A DNA stretch of 64,000 nucleotides from Candidatus Methylomirabilis sp. (GCA_020722725.1 DYKG01000002.1:111436-175435); one strand, 5' to 3'; positions 19,933 through 29,656 are shown, numbered from the stretch's first letter. Program-made: numbers and translations. Notes: a model not told the origin generated them from the sequence alone.

Positions 19933-19960
19933 GCGAGCCTTACGGCTCGCCTCTTGCTTT
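19933..19960 (+). terminator. Intergenic hairpin (partial terminator or mRNA stabiliser) between the two flp genes
   Basis: GCGAGCC-TTAC-GGCTCGC followed by CTCTTGCTTT. Confidence 0.55.
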
Positions 19961-19999
19961 AGCGGCATTTAAAAAGTTCAGTTCACAAGGAGTTACCAG

Positions 20000-20179
20000 A
20001 TGAGAGTTTCTAACAGAAGAAAAGGGCAAGGCTTAGTTGAATACTCTTTGATTATCGCCCTTATAGCGCTGGTATGCATTGTAGCGATGGTTAACATATC
20101 AGGCACAATCGAAGATTCTTTTTATAAAAACATTTCTGGTGAAATACAGAAAGTCAGCGATAATATGAGCGGCTCCTGA
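20000..20179 (+). CDS. flp: Flp/Fap family pilin 2 (59 aa; missed by the ORF track)
   Basis: AAGGAG RBS; MRVSNRRKG|QGLVEYSLIIALIALVCIVAMVNISGTIEDSFYKNISGEIQKVSDNMSGS*. Confidence 0.9.
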   Translation: MRVSNRRKGQGLVEYSLIIALIALVCIVAMVNISGTIEDSFYKNISGEIQKVSDNMSGS

Positions 20180-20207
20180 GTCATCAAGGCTTAACCGCCA
20201 TGAGAAC

Positions 20208-21689
20208 TCAGTTATCTTTTTTTTTCCAGACTACAAGATCAGAGTGAGAGGCTATTTTTTCAAAGCCAAGAGGCTCACTGTTTGGTCTGTAACCGGGTCG
20301 ACTGTCCTGTATGATCAGGCAACAATCATAGGTTTCAGCAATTTTTTCAGGCCTGAAAACAGTTTTTGCCGACCACATTACCCCCTTGAGGCCTGTTTCA
20401 TGCAAAACTCTAATTGGATCATTTGAGACAACTTTTTCGTCTTTAAAATTTGTGAATAAGCTTTTCAATTCCCGGTATGGAGCATTGATTCCATTTTGAA
20501 AACGGCTGATATTAACGATGCTGTTGCAGGACAAAAACATCTGCCAGATAAGAACGATGAACGCGATAAAAAAAGCGCTTCGATTGCTTTTCAAAGTTTT
20601 TAAAACAAGCAATCCCAGCCCGTTGAGCATAGAAAATCCGGGAATGAAAAATGCGCTGATGTGCAGAGCAGTTCCTTTTTCGCACTGAAAAGGAATGATA
20701 AGCCCGCAAAATAGAACAAATATCCACAGCAGCAAGACAAAAAGCATTCCTTCCCGCTTCCATACGGTTACGAGAGCTCGGCGCCAATAGGGGTAAAAAA
20801 CAATAAAAACGCCTGGAATGGCGATTAAATTTAAAAGAGCCAACCATAACCCTCTAACTCTCTGCAGGGTAATTTTTTGCCAACCCTGAGCCAGAAAGGT
20901 CTCAAGGTTGCCTGAAAATTCGGGGCAAAACAAATCAGAATAATCGGTCAGCATGAGAGCTCTTGAATTAGAAGTCCAGGGTTTTCCCAGAATGATCTGG
21001 TTGCGAATTACCCAGGGCAGCACCGTAAGAACAATCAACAAAACGGTCAAAATTATGGGTCTAACCCGGCGAAAGCGCCAGCCAGAATAAACAAGAGAAA
21101 AAACGGCGATAAGGATTCCTTCGATGCGTGTCAGCACCGCTAATCCAGCGATTACTGGATTCAACCAGAAAAATCTGTCTTCCCTGACAATCGAGGCAAA
21201 AAATAAGAAACCCAATGCTGCGTAAAAAGCGATGTTATCTGTAGTTAGAAGAAAAAAGGCGTTGCGCCCCGAAAAAACGAAGGTCAAGCCTGCAAAAAAT
21301 GAAGACAAAAAGCAGTTGGTCAGAAGAAAAACCCGATAGAAAATCAACCCGGCAAGAAAAGACCAGATTGCAATGTTCAATGCAATTTCACCTTGAATGC
21401 CAAAGGTTTTTCTCGCAAGAGCATACATGATTATTCCTCCGGGCATCCAATAATCCATTGGATGATCGATGGTTTTGTAATCATTGAGGAAATTCCAGAT
21501 TATTGGCTCGGTGAAGCCCTCGCCCTTTTCAATCTGATCAACCATGAGGTGATAGAAGGCAGAATCAAAAGTTGATTGTGGATCAATTTTTTCGGAACCC
21601 CAGAAAAGAAAAACTGCACTGACGATTACGATAGCCAGCGCCCCGAAAACCACTCTTGTTCTGGAATCCCTTATATGTTCAAAATTCAT
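20208..21689 (-). CDS. Polytopic GT-C fold glycosyltransferase (ArnT/PMT-like)
   Basis: Many TM helices; first loop FDSAFY....QIEKGEGF; YWMPG; LAVLTRIEG; PWVIRN motif typical of ArnT-like proteins. Confidence 0.75.
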   Translation of the reverse strand: MNFEHIRDSRTRVVFGALAIVIVSAVFLFWGSEKIDPQSTFDSAFYHLMVDQIEKGEGFTEPIIWNFLNDYKTIDHPMDYWMPGGIIMYALARKTFGIQGEIALNIAIWSFLAGLIFYRVFLLTNCFLSSFFAGLTFVFSGRNAFFLLTTDNIAFYAALGFLFFASIVREDRFFWLNPVIAGLAVLTRIEGILIAVFSLVYSGWRFRRVRPIILTVLLIVLTVLPWVIRNQIILGKPWTSNSRALMLTDYSDLFCPEFSGNLETFLAQGWQKITLQRVRGLWLALLNLIAIPGVFIVFYPYWRRALVTVWKREGMLFVLLLWIFVLFCGLIIPFQCEKGTALHISAFFIPGFSMLNGLGLLVLKTLKSNRSAFFIAFIVLIWQMFLSCNSIVNISRFQNGINAPYRELKSLFTNFKDEKVVSNDPIRVLHETGLKGVMWSAKTVFRPEKIAETYDCCLIIQDSRPGYRPNSEPLGFEKIASHSDLVVWKKKDN

Positions 21690-21716
21690 TTGCTGGTATT
21701 TTAACAGATTCTACTA

Positions 21717-21745
21717 TTGACACCAGATTTTTATCGTACTACACT
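21717..21745 (+). promoter_or_regulatory. Putative sigma-70 promoter
   Basis: TTGACA-17 bp-TACACT upstream of the SH3 gene. Confidence 0.6.
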
Positions 21746-21772
21746 TGGAAAAAATAAATTGGGGGACAGGAT

Positions 21773-22684
21773 TTGAAAAAGGCAAAAATAATCTCGATCT
21801 TAGTAATTATGCTCTCAGTAATCGCTCTGGGCGTTTTTATGGGCAAACAGATGTTTAAACTCATTGAATCTGGCACAGAAACAGCTGCCAACAGCAGCGC
21901 CACTGCCACATCCTCAGTGCAGATTCTTTATAGCTCAGACTCTGTCCAGGATTCGGCCAACGTTCCCGTTCCCGAGATTTCCCCCGTAACCAAAGATTCA
22001 TTATTACAGCCGGAAGAGCAAAATAATGCGTCTTCAGATGCCGCCCTTACCCTTAAGTCCAAACCGGTTGAAGCTGACAAGAGCGGCTTTTCTCCCGATG
22101 GGCCCAAATGGTTTGCCTATGCTTCCGGCAATGGCATAAATGTCAGAATTGGCCCCGACATCTCAACAAAGTTGATGTTCAAAGTTGCCAGGGGAACCAG
22201 AGGAACAGTAGTTGAGAAAAAGAATGGATGGACAAAAATCAAATGGGATTTTAATCGTCAGCTGGGCTGGGTTCGCGACGATCTTTTGGTGCAAGGCCCG
22301 GCAGAGGTGGTCTCAACTCTGGTGGAAAAAACCGGTGATATTGAAAAATTAGATGCAAAGCAGATAAGCAAGACATCTGCAGAAGAAATTCTCAAGGCCG
22401 GCAAGGTTATGGTTGCGGTCGCCAAAGAAGCACCAGTTGCGGAAACAGTAAAATCATTCGCAGAGGGCGAAAAATTACCTGAGCAGGCAAAAATTTCTGC
22501 TGATCCCTTTGCCAATATCAGATCTGGTCCTGGGCCGAAACATAGCCGAGTAGCAAAACTTCCCAAGGGTGTGGTGGTTAAAATAAACAAAGTTCAGCGG
22601 GAAGAGAAATGGCTCTGGTTTGAAATAAGTTTTAATGAAGGCAAGAAAACCGGCTGGACCCGCGAAGACAATCTTTCATTCTAG
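21773..22684 (+). CDS. Membrane-anchored protein with two bacterial SH3 (SH3b) domains
   Basis: N-terminal TM and Ser/Ala-rich linker; INVRIGP..GWTKI..GWV and ANIRSGPG..WFEI..GW motifs. Confidence 0.85.
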   Translation: MKKAKIISILVIMLSVIALGVFMGKQMFKLIESGTETAANSSATATSSVQILYSSDSVQDSANVPVPEISPVTKDSLLQPEEQNNASSDAALTLKSKPVEADKSGFSPDGPKWFAYASGNGINVRIGPDISTKLMFKVARGTRGTVVEKKNGWTKIKWDFNRQLGWVRDDLLVQGPAEVVSTLVEKTGDIEKLDAKQISKTSAEEILKAGKVMVAVAKEAPVAETVKSFAEGEKLPEQAKISADPFANIRSGPGPKHSRVAKLPKGVVVKINKVQREEKWLWFEISFNEGKKTGWTREDNLSF

Positions 22685-22698
22685 ACTTTGCCTGAAGC

Positions 22699-22742
22699 AA
22701 ACCGCCCTGAAACAAAAGAATTTGCTTCAGGGCGGTTTTTTA
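22699..22742. terminator. Bidirectional terminator between convergent genes
   Basis: AAACCGCCCTGAA...TTCAGGGCGGTTTTTT inverted repeat. Confidence 0.75.
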
Positions 22743-22765
22743 TCTTATCAGCGCTTTTGAAAAAA

Positions 22766-23464
22766 TCATTTGTTATCGAAAACAAATTTAGCATAGGGCT
22801 GACGGGTTCTAAAGTCTTTCGAAACTGCATCTCCTGTATCCTGAACCAGTGATACCGATACCCGGCCGCTGCGAAATCTGAATTTATTAATATTAATCTG
22901 GCCATCTTTGCCTCTTTCAAGGAAAAATTTGCCGGAAAATTTTTCCTTATCATTTGATGAACAGGTAAGTTCAAAGCTTTTTCGCTTTTCTTTCATTTTA
23001 AGATTTATGCTTCTGCCTGCGACTGTTACATCACCATTGAGCTTTGTGGGGTCGGCCAGATTTCGACGCACCATATCCCAGAGACAAACCAGCTGTTTTA
23101 CTTCTTCACGACGATCGTTTTCCACACCTTCATATTCATCGTATTGCTTTGCTTTTACAACCATATTGGTCGGATTATGGTCAATAGTAATGTTGGTTCT
23201 GAAAGCAAAAATATCTTTTTTCTTTTCAGGTGTTTCAACGCATACGTGGGCAATAACCTGACTTTGATTTGGGGCAATGTCTTTGAAATAAGCCAAAGAG
23301 CAGCCGATATTCGAAAAGCTTTTCTTAACCGTGCCTCGGTACTGAGCATTGATCCGGTAATATTGCCAGATTTCAGCTGCCCCGGCAATTCCGACAGAAA
23401 ACAGGAAAAAGAACACCATAAGAACCAGGCCATTTTTTAAACATTTGTTTGAACTCATTTGCAT
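22766..23464 (-). CDS. Secreted hypothetical protein
   Basis: Signal peptide ending AGA-AE; basic and beta-rich; third gene of the operon. Confidence 0.65.
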   Translation of the reverse strand: MQMSSNKCLKNGLVLMVFFFLFSVGIAGAAEIWQYYRINAQYRGTVKKSFSNIGCSLAYFKDIAPNQSQVIAHVCVETPEKKKDIFAFRTNITIDHNPTNMVVKAKQYDEYEGVENDRREEVKQLVCLWDMVRRNLADPTKLNGDVTVAGRSINLKMKEKRKSFELTCSSNDKEKFSGKFFLERGKDGQININKFRFRSGRVSVSLVQDTGDAVSKDFRTRQPYAKFVFDNK

Positions 23465-23472
23465 TTCCTCTA

Positions 23473-24306
23473 TTAATCAGCCAATTTGATGGTAAAATCA
23501 CGACGACTTAAAACAATACGAGAACCACAAAAGTTACAAAATCTTGCTCTTCCAATAGAGAACGCTCCGCAGCCTGAGCAGATCATCAACCCTTCGCGGG
23601 GCTGGTTATCTATTTTCAGCACCGAAATCCATGATTCATGAATTCCAAGTATAAAAAGAGAAACAAAGGCAATAATAACTCCGCTGAGCATTTGAAGGTT
23701 CAATTTAAAAACCACAAAATCAAAAAGGCCATGAAAAACCGCTGCAGCAATTATTGCCAGCAGAATTCGCAAAGCTACCGTAGAATCTGATCGTGGTCGA
23801 TTGATAGCATTTGCTGCCATCGCAGCACACATACAGCTGAAATAAAGGTGGGCGGCCGAGCTTATAATCATTCTTGGCAAAACTACATATGAGCCAAAAA
23901 TAGCATAATATTGAATGTTTTCAAGAAGTGAAAAACTCAAGGCACAGCCGGAAAACGCCATGAAAACAATTGTCGGCCTTTTATTGAAACGGGTAAGATG
24001 AGCGACTATAATCCCACCAGAAGCCTTTATCGCTTCCTCGATCAGTCCGATGATGCAGACATTTGCCAAAAGAGTTATCCACCATTCACGCGGGGCAGTG
24101 ATGAATGAACGAAGGTCTCCGCCAAGAAACCATTCGACCGGATAATAAACAATTCTAGTAAGTGTAATGCAGAATACTCCGCTTACCAGACCCCAGGTTG
24201 CCGCCTTTTTCAGCTCTTCATCGACCCAGTTTTTTTTGAAAACCTGGTAGAAAGCCACCAGTGGCATCAGCAGGAAAAACAACATCATGAGATCAACCTG
24301 ACTCAA
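23473..24306 (-). CDS. prsW: PrsW-family intramembrane glutamic protease with C-terminal zinc ribbon
   Basis: EEAIK, FSLLEN, AH and FHGLFD motifs; C-terminal CSGC-x10-CNFC. Confidence 0.82.
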   Translation of the reverse strand: MSQVDLMMLFFLLMPLVAFYQVFKKNWVDEELKKAATWGLVSGVFCITLTRIVYYPVEWFLGGDLRSFITAPREWWITLLANVCIIGLIEEAIKASGGIIVAHLTRFNKRPTIVFMAFSGCALSFSLLENIQYYAIFGSYVVLPRMIISSAAHLYFSCMCAAMAANAINRPRSDSTVALRILLAIIAAAVFHGLFDFVVFKLNLQMLSGVIIAFVSLFILGIHESWISVLKIDNQPREGLMICSGCGAFSIGRARFCNFCGSRIVLSRRDFTIKLAD

Positions 24307-25694
24307 TCCTGCTGCTCCTGTTCAAGAACGGCCACATAGATTTTCTTGCTGCGATTTACATTAGCGTGGAAAACAATGCCAGAGCTGTCAGGAAACCAGA
24401 TCGGTCTGAAGCAGTCTGCATTGCCAAGAGGTCTGATTTCTTTTTCCGATTGATCTAAAAGGTTTTTAATTATCAAGGTATTTTTACTTCCATCGGTAGC
24501 CAGTGATCTTACAAAGGCAAGGCTGCGACCATCAGGCGACACGTCGGCCAGCCAGTTTCGGCCACCCGAATTTACCAGCTCAGTTGCTTCTCCAAGCGGT
24601 TCAAGCGTTATTTTCATGATATTGGACTTTTTCAGAGGTTCAAGGATTCTGGTAAAGACCAGACCTTTTCCGTCTGGAAGCCATCTGGGCTCACGATCAT
24701 CATCGGGTGTTGAAGTTATCTGAAGCTTGCTGCTTCCATCGATTCCGATCAGCCAGATATCGTTATTGCCCTTTTCGTTAGAGACATAGGCCACCAGAGA
24801 ACCGTCCGGTGAAACTGCCGGCATCATATTTTTACCGGTGCCAACAGTAAGAGCTTTAGACTCACGCGAAGCACGATCAAAAACAAAAATATGCTCTGAA
24901 CTTCGACTATCGCTTGAAAAAACGATGGCCTTACCATCTTCAGTAGTTTCCGGGGTCCAGACATTTCCGGGCCATTCGAAGGCGCGTTCAGGAGTTTGAT
25001 TTGCTCCCAGCTTAACGGTAAAGCACTGATAAAGATTTCTGTTGCCAACCTTGAAGCGGTCGGCAGCAAAAACCATTTCTTGAAGATTTCTCGCGATAAA
25101 AGCGTGATAGCTGTTGAATTCCTCTTTTACCAGCGGCTTTACGGTTGAATATTTCAATCTGGTGGAATCAACTTCCTGATCGGGATCTGGGTGGGTCTGA
25201 TCGATCGCGACCTCGCTCTGCGAAGGGTTTTCAGAGCTGGTTGCGACAGACTGAGAGGTTGACGCGATGTCAATAGAAGCAGACTCAGAGGAAGAAATGG
25301 AACTTGCTGACTCGGAGGCAAAATTTGCAAGACTGTAAGAACCTATTTCGAGAGGCAAAGTCGAATCTGATGCGGTAAGCTCAATTGATACAGAGGCACT
25401 TTCCTGGATGGCATTTAAAACCAGGGGCTCAGATGCCAGAAAATTTTCCGGAGAGTCGTTTTTCACGGTCTTCGCACGATCAAGACCGAGAATGCCGGCA
25501 AAGCTGTGATCCCAGGCCGAACCTTTGAAAAAAATCGTATCAAACAAGCTGCCAGCAACCGCGCCGGCGAGAAAAATAAACAAACCGAGAATCATTCTGG
25601 TTCGGTATCGTTGTCTTCTTTTCTGGGGCGTGTCGCACTCAGGACAATTGACCACCCTGGGCGGCAGTTTCTTTCCACATCGGAAACAATACAT
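24303..25694 (-). CDS. Zinc-ribbon / TM / TolB-like (PD40) beta-propeller protein
   Basis: N-terminal CFRC...CPEC, one TM, Ser-rich linker, then PAVSPDGSLVAY, PRWLPDGK, SPDGRSLAF and PIWFPDS repeats. Confidence 0.85.
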   Translation of the reverse strand: MYCFRCGKKLPPRVVNCPECDTPQKRRQRYRTRMILGLFIFLAGAVAGSLFDTIFFKGSAWDHSFAGILGLDRAKTVKNDSPENFLASEPLVLNAIQESASVSIELTASDSTLPLEIGSYSLANFASESASSISSSESASIDIASTSQSVATSSENPSQSEVAIDQTHPDPDQEVDSTRLKYSTVKPLVKEEFNSYHAFIARNLQEMVFAADRFKVGNRNLYQCFTVKLGANQTPERAFEWPGNVWTPETTEDGKAIVFSSDSRSSEHIFVFDRASRESKALTVGTGKNMMPAVSPDGSLVAYVSNEKGNNDIWLIGIDGSSKLQITSTPDDDREPRWLPDGKGLVFTRILEPLKKSNIMKITLEPLGEATELVNSGGRNWLADVSPDGRSLAFVRSLATDGSKNTLIIKNLLDQSEKEIRPLGNADCFRPIWFPDSSGIVFHANVNRSKKIYVAVLEQEQQD

Positions 25695-25815
25695 AGTGTT
25701 CTCCTTGTAAAATTCGCAACAGAATTATACCCTATCGTATCGATGGTTTAAAGCAGAAGGTTTTTTTAATTTAAGCCTTTATTGATGTTGTTTCGGAAGG
25801 CAATGGAGATGCAGA

Positions 25816-27363
25816 ATGAACAAAAAAGACATAGGCAATTTTTTCGTGATTGGTTATCAGGGTGTTAACCCTACGGATGAATTTCTAAAATTCGTTGAAG
25901 AATGGCAGATTGGCGGAGTCATCGTTTTTGCCAGAAACATAGATCGTCCTGAAAACATGACAAAAGCACTCAAGCGCATCGAAGAAGCTGCGGGCCGGAA
26001 AATTTTCACCGCCATTGATCAGGAAGGCGGGCTGGTTATGAGATTGTTGCAGGATTGCAGCCTTTTTCAGTCAGCGATGGGCCTTGCCGCAACCGGCGAT
26101 GTTGAAATGGTTGAAGCTTCGCATCATGCAATGGCAAAAGAAATGCTTGCAATGGGATTGAACTGGAATCTCGCTCCGGTTCTCGACATTAACCATCCGG
26201 ATAACCCGGGAATTGGAGCCCGATCTTTTGGAGATTGCGCTGAAGCAGTCAGCAAATACGGAATAGCGGCGATCAAAGGGCTGCAGAAAGCCGGTGTTCT
26301 TGCCTGTGCCAAGCATTTTCCCGGCAAAGGCAATGCCAGAGTGGATTCTCACCTGACCCTTCCAATCATCGAAAAAACGGCTGAGCATCTGAACCAGCAC
26401 GAATTACTGCCGTTCAAGCGGGCAATTGCTGAAAAAGTTGCAGCCATCATGACCGCCCATGTTTTTTTCCCAGCGTTTGAAAGTGCACCCGACCTGCCGG
26501 CCACTTTATCTAAAAGCGTTTTAACCGGTCTGTTGCGTAACCAGCTTAAATTCGATGGTCTATTGATAACCGATGACCTTGAAATGGGAGCGATTACAGA
26601 AAAATATGGAATTGCAGAAGCCGCCCATCTTTCTTTCGCAGCAGGTGCCGACCTGCTGTTGATTTGCCATCAGCTTGAGCAGGAAAGAGCCGCAGCAGAA
26701 AAGCTTTTGAGCAAAATCAACAGCAGCACTGAAATGCAGAAACGGTTTTCTGAGAGTCTGGCAAGAATTGATAGAGCAAGGAAACGGCTGGATTCACCTT
26801 ATAGAATGCCTGATTGCCAAAGCCTGATGCTCGACCATGAAAAACTTGTCAGAGAAACACATGAAAAATCATTGAGATTTCTCGCCTGGGAAAATGAAAT
26901 GACCGGCCTTTCATCAGAAAGTGAGATCACTATTGTTTATCCTCAGATTTCTGCCCTGGTTCAGGTTGAAGAGACACACGCCGGACAGGGTCTGCATGGG
27001 CTTTTTAAAAATTCTTTCAAAAACGCCATGGCAGTTGAATACTGCCCCAAAGAGACTCAGGAAGAGATTATTCAGAAGGTTGAGAGACTTTCAAAAAAAA
27101 CCGACAAACTGTTATTCTTTACTTACAATGGCCATTTGTTTAATCACCAGATAGAAGCAGCCAGAAAGCTTTCAGCAGGATATAAAAATGCAGCTGCAGT
27201 TGCCCTGAGAAATCCCTATGACCTGAAATTTCTGCCTGAATTCAAAACCAGAATTGCAACGTTCAGCTTTAGAACTCCGGCGATTCAGGCAGTCCTGAAA
27301 TCACTTCAGGGCCAATTGAAGCCAGTCAGTAAGCCATGGCCGGTTGATATAGATGGCTGGTAA
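25816..27363 (+). CDS. nagZ: Beta-N-acetylhexosaminidase (GH3)
   Basis: IDQEGG, APVLD, RSFG, KHFPG.G....DSH, IMTAH and TDDLEM motifs. Confidence 0.9.
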   Translation: MNKKDIGNFFVIGYQGVNPTDEFLKFVEEWQIGGVIVFARNIDRPENMTKALKRIEEAAGRKIFTAIDQEGGLVMRLLQDCSLFQSAMGLAATGDVEMVEASHHAMAKEMLAMGLNWNLAPVLDINHPDNPGIGARSFGDCAEAVSKYGIAAIKGLQKAGVLACAKHFPGKGNARVDSHLTLPIIEKTAEHLNQHELLPFKRAIAEKVAAIMTAHVFFPAFESAPDLPATLSKSVLTGLLRNQLKFDGLLITDDLEMGAITEKYGIAEAAHLSFAAGADLLLICHQLEQERAAAEKLLSKINSSTEMQKRFSESLARIDRARKRLDSPYRMPDCQSLMLDHEKLVRETHEKSLRFLAWENEMTGLSSESEITIVYPQISALVQVEETHAGQGLHGLFKNSFKNAMAVEYCPKETQEEIIQKVERLSKKTDKLLFFTYNGHLFNHQIEAARKLSAGYKNAAAVALRNPYDLKFLPEFKTRIATFSFRTPAIQAVLKSLQGQLKPVSKPWPVDIDGW

Positions 27364-27435
27364 TTTTTTTCTAATTCTTTACCATGTAAATGTCGATGGA
27401 TTTCGAAGAAAAGTAGAAATCTGGAGGCATTAAAC

Positions 27436-27876
27436 ATGTGGGAACTGGAAATTAAAATTCTTGCACTAACCGCTGTTTACTTTATCGGTTGGTTTCTTTT
27501 TGAAAAGGTATTTTCACGGATCTGGAACCTTTTGACCGGTGAAAAATCTGAGCAGCCAAACGAAAGAAGACAGAAAATCGTGCCCCTGGCGACGGTTACG
27601 CCCATGGATCAAACCTGGCGTTACATTCGCGGCCTGAAAAGCCAGGACTGGAGAATCAGAAGAATCTCCTGCATTCAGCTCGGTGAACGTCGAGGAACTG
27701 CGGTTGTTGAGGCTCTTATAGAAGCTCTCGATGACAACCGTGAAGAAGTCAGTCTGGCAGCCGGAGAAGCACTGGCCAAAATAGGAGACCCGGCAGCAAT
27801 AGAAGCGCTTTCAGCCCATTGTTCCAAACTGGAAAAGCATTCTGGCATGACCTACGAAAGCTATCGTGCCGCCTGA
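27436..27876 (+). CDS. Membrane-anchored HEAT-repeat protein
   Basis: GGAGG RBS; N-terminal TM; VEALIEALDD.REEV..AAGEALAKIGDP. Confidence 0.8.
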   Translation: MWELEIKILALTAVYFIGWFLFEKVFSRIWNLLTGEKSEQPNERRQKIVPLATVTPMDQTWRYIRGLKSQDWRIRRISCIQLGERRGTAVVEALIEALDDNREEVSLAAGEALAKIGDPAAIEALSAHCSKLEKHSGMTYESYRAA

Positions 27877-27928
27877 AATGATTGGGAAATGTTGAGACTG
27901 ATCCAGAAGTCTTAAATTATTCAATGCC

Positions 27929-27960
27929 ATCGCCCGACTTGATCGGGCGATCTTGATTTA
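27929..27960 (+). terminator. GC-rich hairpin, probable terminator
   Basis: ATCGCCCGA-CTTGA-TCGGGCGAT followed by CTTGATTT. Confidence 0.55.
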
Positions 27961-27977
27961 AAGTTGTTTTCAGATTC

Positions 27978-28140
27978 GCCAATCAGGGTGGGTGAGCCCC
28001 CCAAAACAGAATAAAAGGCCAGCAATACTGATCGCAGAAAATATATTCGCAGGGGCCGAACTCCGCGTGAAGCGCAGGATGCGCCAATGCCATGGCCCGA
28101 TTTAAACCCTGGCAATACAAACGAATTAAATGTGATTGGC
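27978..28140. ncRNA. Candidate structured non-coding RNA (6S-like size; unassigned)
   Basis: Ends are perfectly complementary (GCCAATCA 27978-27985 / TGATTGGC 28133-28140), with internal stems and A-rich unpaired segments; no convincing ORF. Confidence 0.3.
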
Positions 28141-28177
28141 ATAAGATAGCAACATATTTTTTAAACGGACGATTGAA

Positions 28178-29656
28178 ATGTTCAAGCTGCAAATTACAAC
28201 ACTGATAATATCTTCATCGATTATAATGGTTGAATTGCTGCAGCATTCAAATTACCCGATTTTAACAACCACAGCCTTCACAATGGCCCTGCTTAGTTCT
28301 TTAGCTGTGGTCAAATCGCTAAAACTATTTCATGAAGTCGAAGAAGATCCGGATAAGCGCGAGAATTTGTCAAATGATCTTTTGATCCTTGACAATTCAC
28401 AATTAACCGTTGAAGAAAAAATGATCAAACTGGGCTATATGATGACCCTTACCAACCAGGAGAGCAATTTTTCAGCAAAAATAAATTATTGCTTAAATCG
28501 TCTGTATGAATTTTTTCAGGGCTACACCCTGATTTATTACCGAAGAGAATCGGGAAGTTTCATTTTCACTGGTGGTATTAGAAGCGGGCGCATCAGGCCC
28601 ATTGATGTAATTAAAGAATCAGATCCGCTGGTTGAAGAAATGCTTGATAGAATTGTCAATCTGGCTGATTTTCGCGTTTTTTTGCAGGCAGGCCACATTG
28701 ATCGCGCATTTCAGCCAGGACAAAGCGAAAAAGACCCGCTTACCATGCTGGTTCCAGTTTCATTCTTCGGACGCCTTGAGGGAATTCTGACCGTCCTTTG
28801 TCATGATGGCAAAAGCTTTACAGAGGCGTCAAAGAAAATTCTGCAATTCTTTGCAGATCATCTGGCACTGGTTATTGACAACCACACAATCTTGAACACC
28901 AGACAAAAGACGATAAATCATGAGAACGAGAATCAACTTTGCCGAAGGCTTCTGACAATGCTTTTCTCCCCTGCCCTGCCGGGTCTTAAGGGGTGGGATT
29001 TTGGCCTGAATTATTCTCATTCCGCCTCATACTCAGGTGATTTTCATGAATTTCTGCCGATTCAGGGAAACCGACTGTTGATTCTGACTGGTCACGCCTC
29101 GGGAAAAGGCCTGGATGGAGCAATTTATTTCACCAGACTGAAAGCCATGATAAGTGGACTGGCTAATCAGATAGCCTCTCCGGCAGATTTGTTGAATCTG
29201 CTTTCGCAAAACATGGCGGGAGATCAGGGTGAAGAGCTCTTTACCACGCTGCTGGCAGTGATCATCAAGGCGGGCAGCAGAGAGGTCGTTCTTGCCAATG
29301 CGGGGCATTCAGGTCTGATTATCAACCGAACCCGGAATGGATTCGCTGAGGTTCCACAAATCGAAACTGGCGTGCCGATGGGATTATTCAATCAGAGCGC
29401 TGATGCATATAAGAATCATTCAATTCAATTGTTGCCGGGAGACGGTCTGTTCATTTATACTGATGGCATTCTTGAACAGGCTTTCAGTAATGGAAAAAAA
29501 TTCAGCAGCGAAAACATCAGGCTCATTTTTGAAAAAATTCCGGAGCTGCCAGCAACGCAAACTCTTGAAACTTTTTTCAATGAGCTTTATCTTGAAAGGC
29601 AGTCTGGTTTCGGCATATCCGACGACCAGACCGGCATTTACCTGAAAGTAGAGTAA
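28178..29656 (+). CDS. SpoIIE/RsbU-type PP2C phosphatase with GAF domain and N-terminal TM segments
   Basis: SGDF, SGKG, NAGH, G.PMGLF, YTDGI.E and DDQT motifs; GAF-like LVPV..GRLEGIL segment. Confidence 0.82.
   Translation: MFKLQITTLIISSSIIMVELLQHSNYPILTTTAFTMALLSSLAVVKSLKLFHEVEEDPDKRENLSNDLLILDNSQLTVEEKMIKLGYMMTLTNQESNFSAKINYCLNRLYEFFQGYTLIYYRRESGSFIFTGGIRSGRIRPIDVIKESDPLVEEMLDRIVNLADFRVFLQAGHIDRAFQPGQSEKDPLTMLVPVSFFGRLEGILTVLCHDGKSFTEASKKILQFFADHLALVIDNHTILNTRQKTINHENENQLCRRLLTMLFSPALPGLKGWDFGLNYSHSASYSGDFHEFLPIQGNRLLILTGHASGKGLDGAIYFTRLKAMISGLANQIASPADLLNLLSQNMAGDQGEELFTTLLAVIIKAGSREVVLANAGHSGLIINRTRNGFAEVPQIETGVPMGLFNQSADAYKNHSIQLLPGDGLFIYTDGILEQAFSNGKKFSSENIRLIFEKIPELPATQTLETFFNELYLERQSGFGISDDQTGIYLKVE

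Noticed and set aside
26311-26352. NagZ motif reads KHFPGKG rather than KHFPGHG
   Set aside because: The catalytic DSH dyad and the TDD nucleophile are intact, so this is a minor variant.
28088-28118. TGGCCCGA...AACCCTGGCAA resembling the SAM-I riboswitch core
   Set aside because: The upstream ATC.AGA...GAGGGA and downstream GTGC.AA.TCC elements are missing, and the downstream gene is unrelated to sulfur metabolism.
27921-28192. Two short minus-strand ORFs (73 and 69 aa)
   Set aside because: No RBS or recognisable motif; they overlap a structured region and the start of the phosphatase gene.
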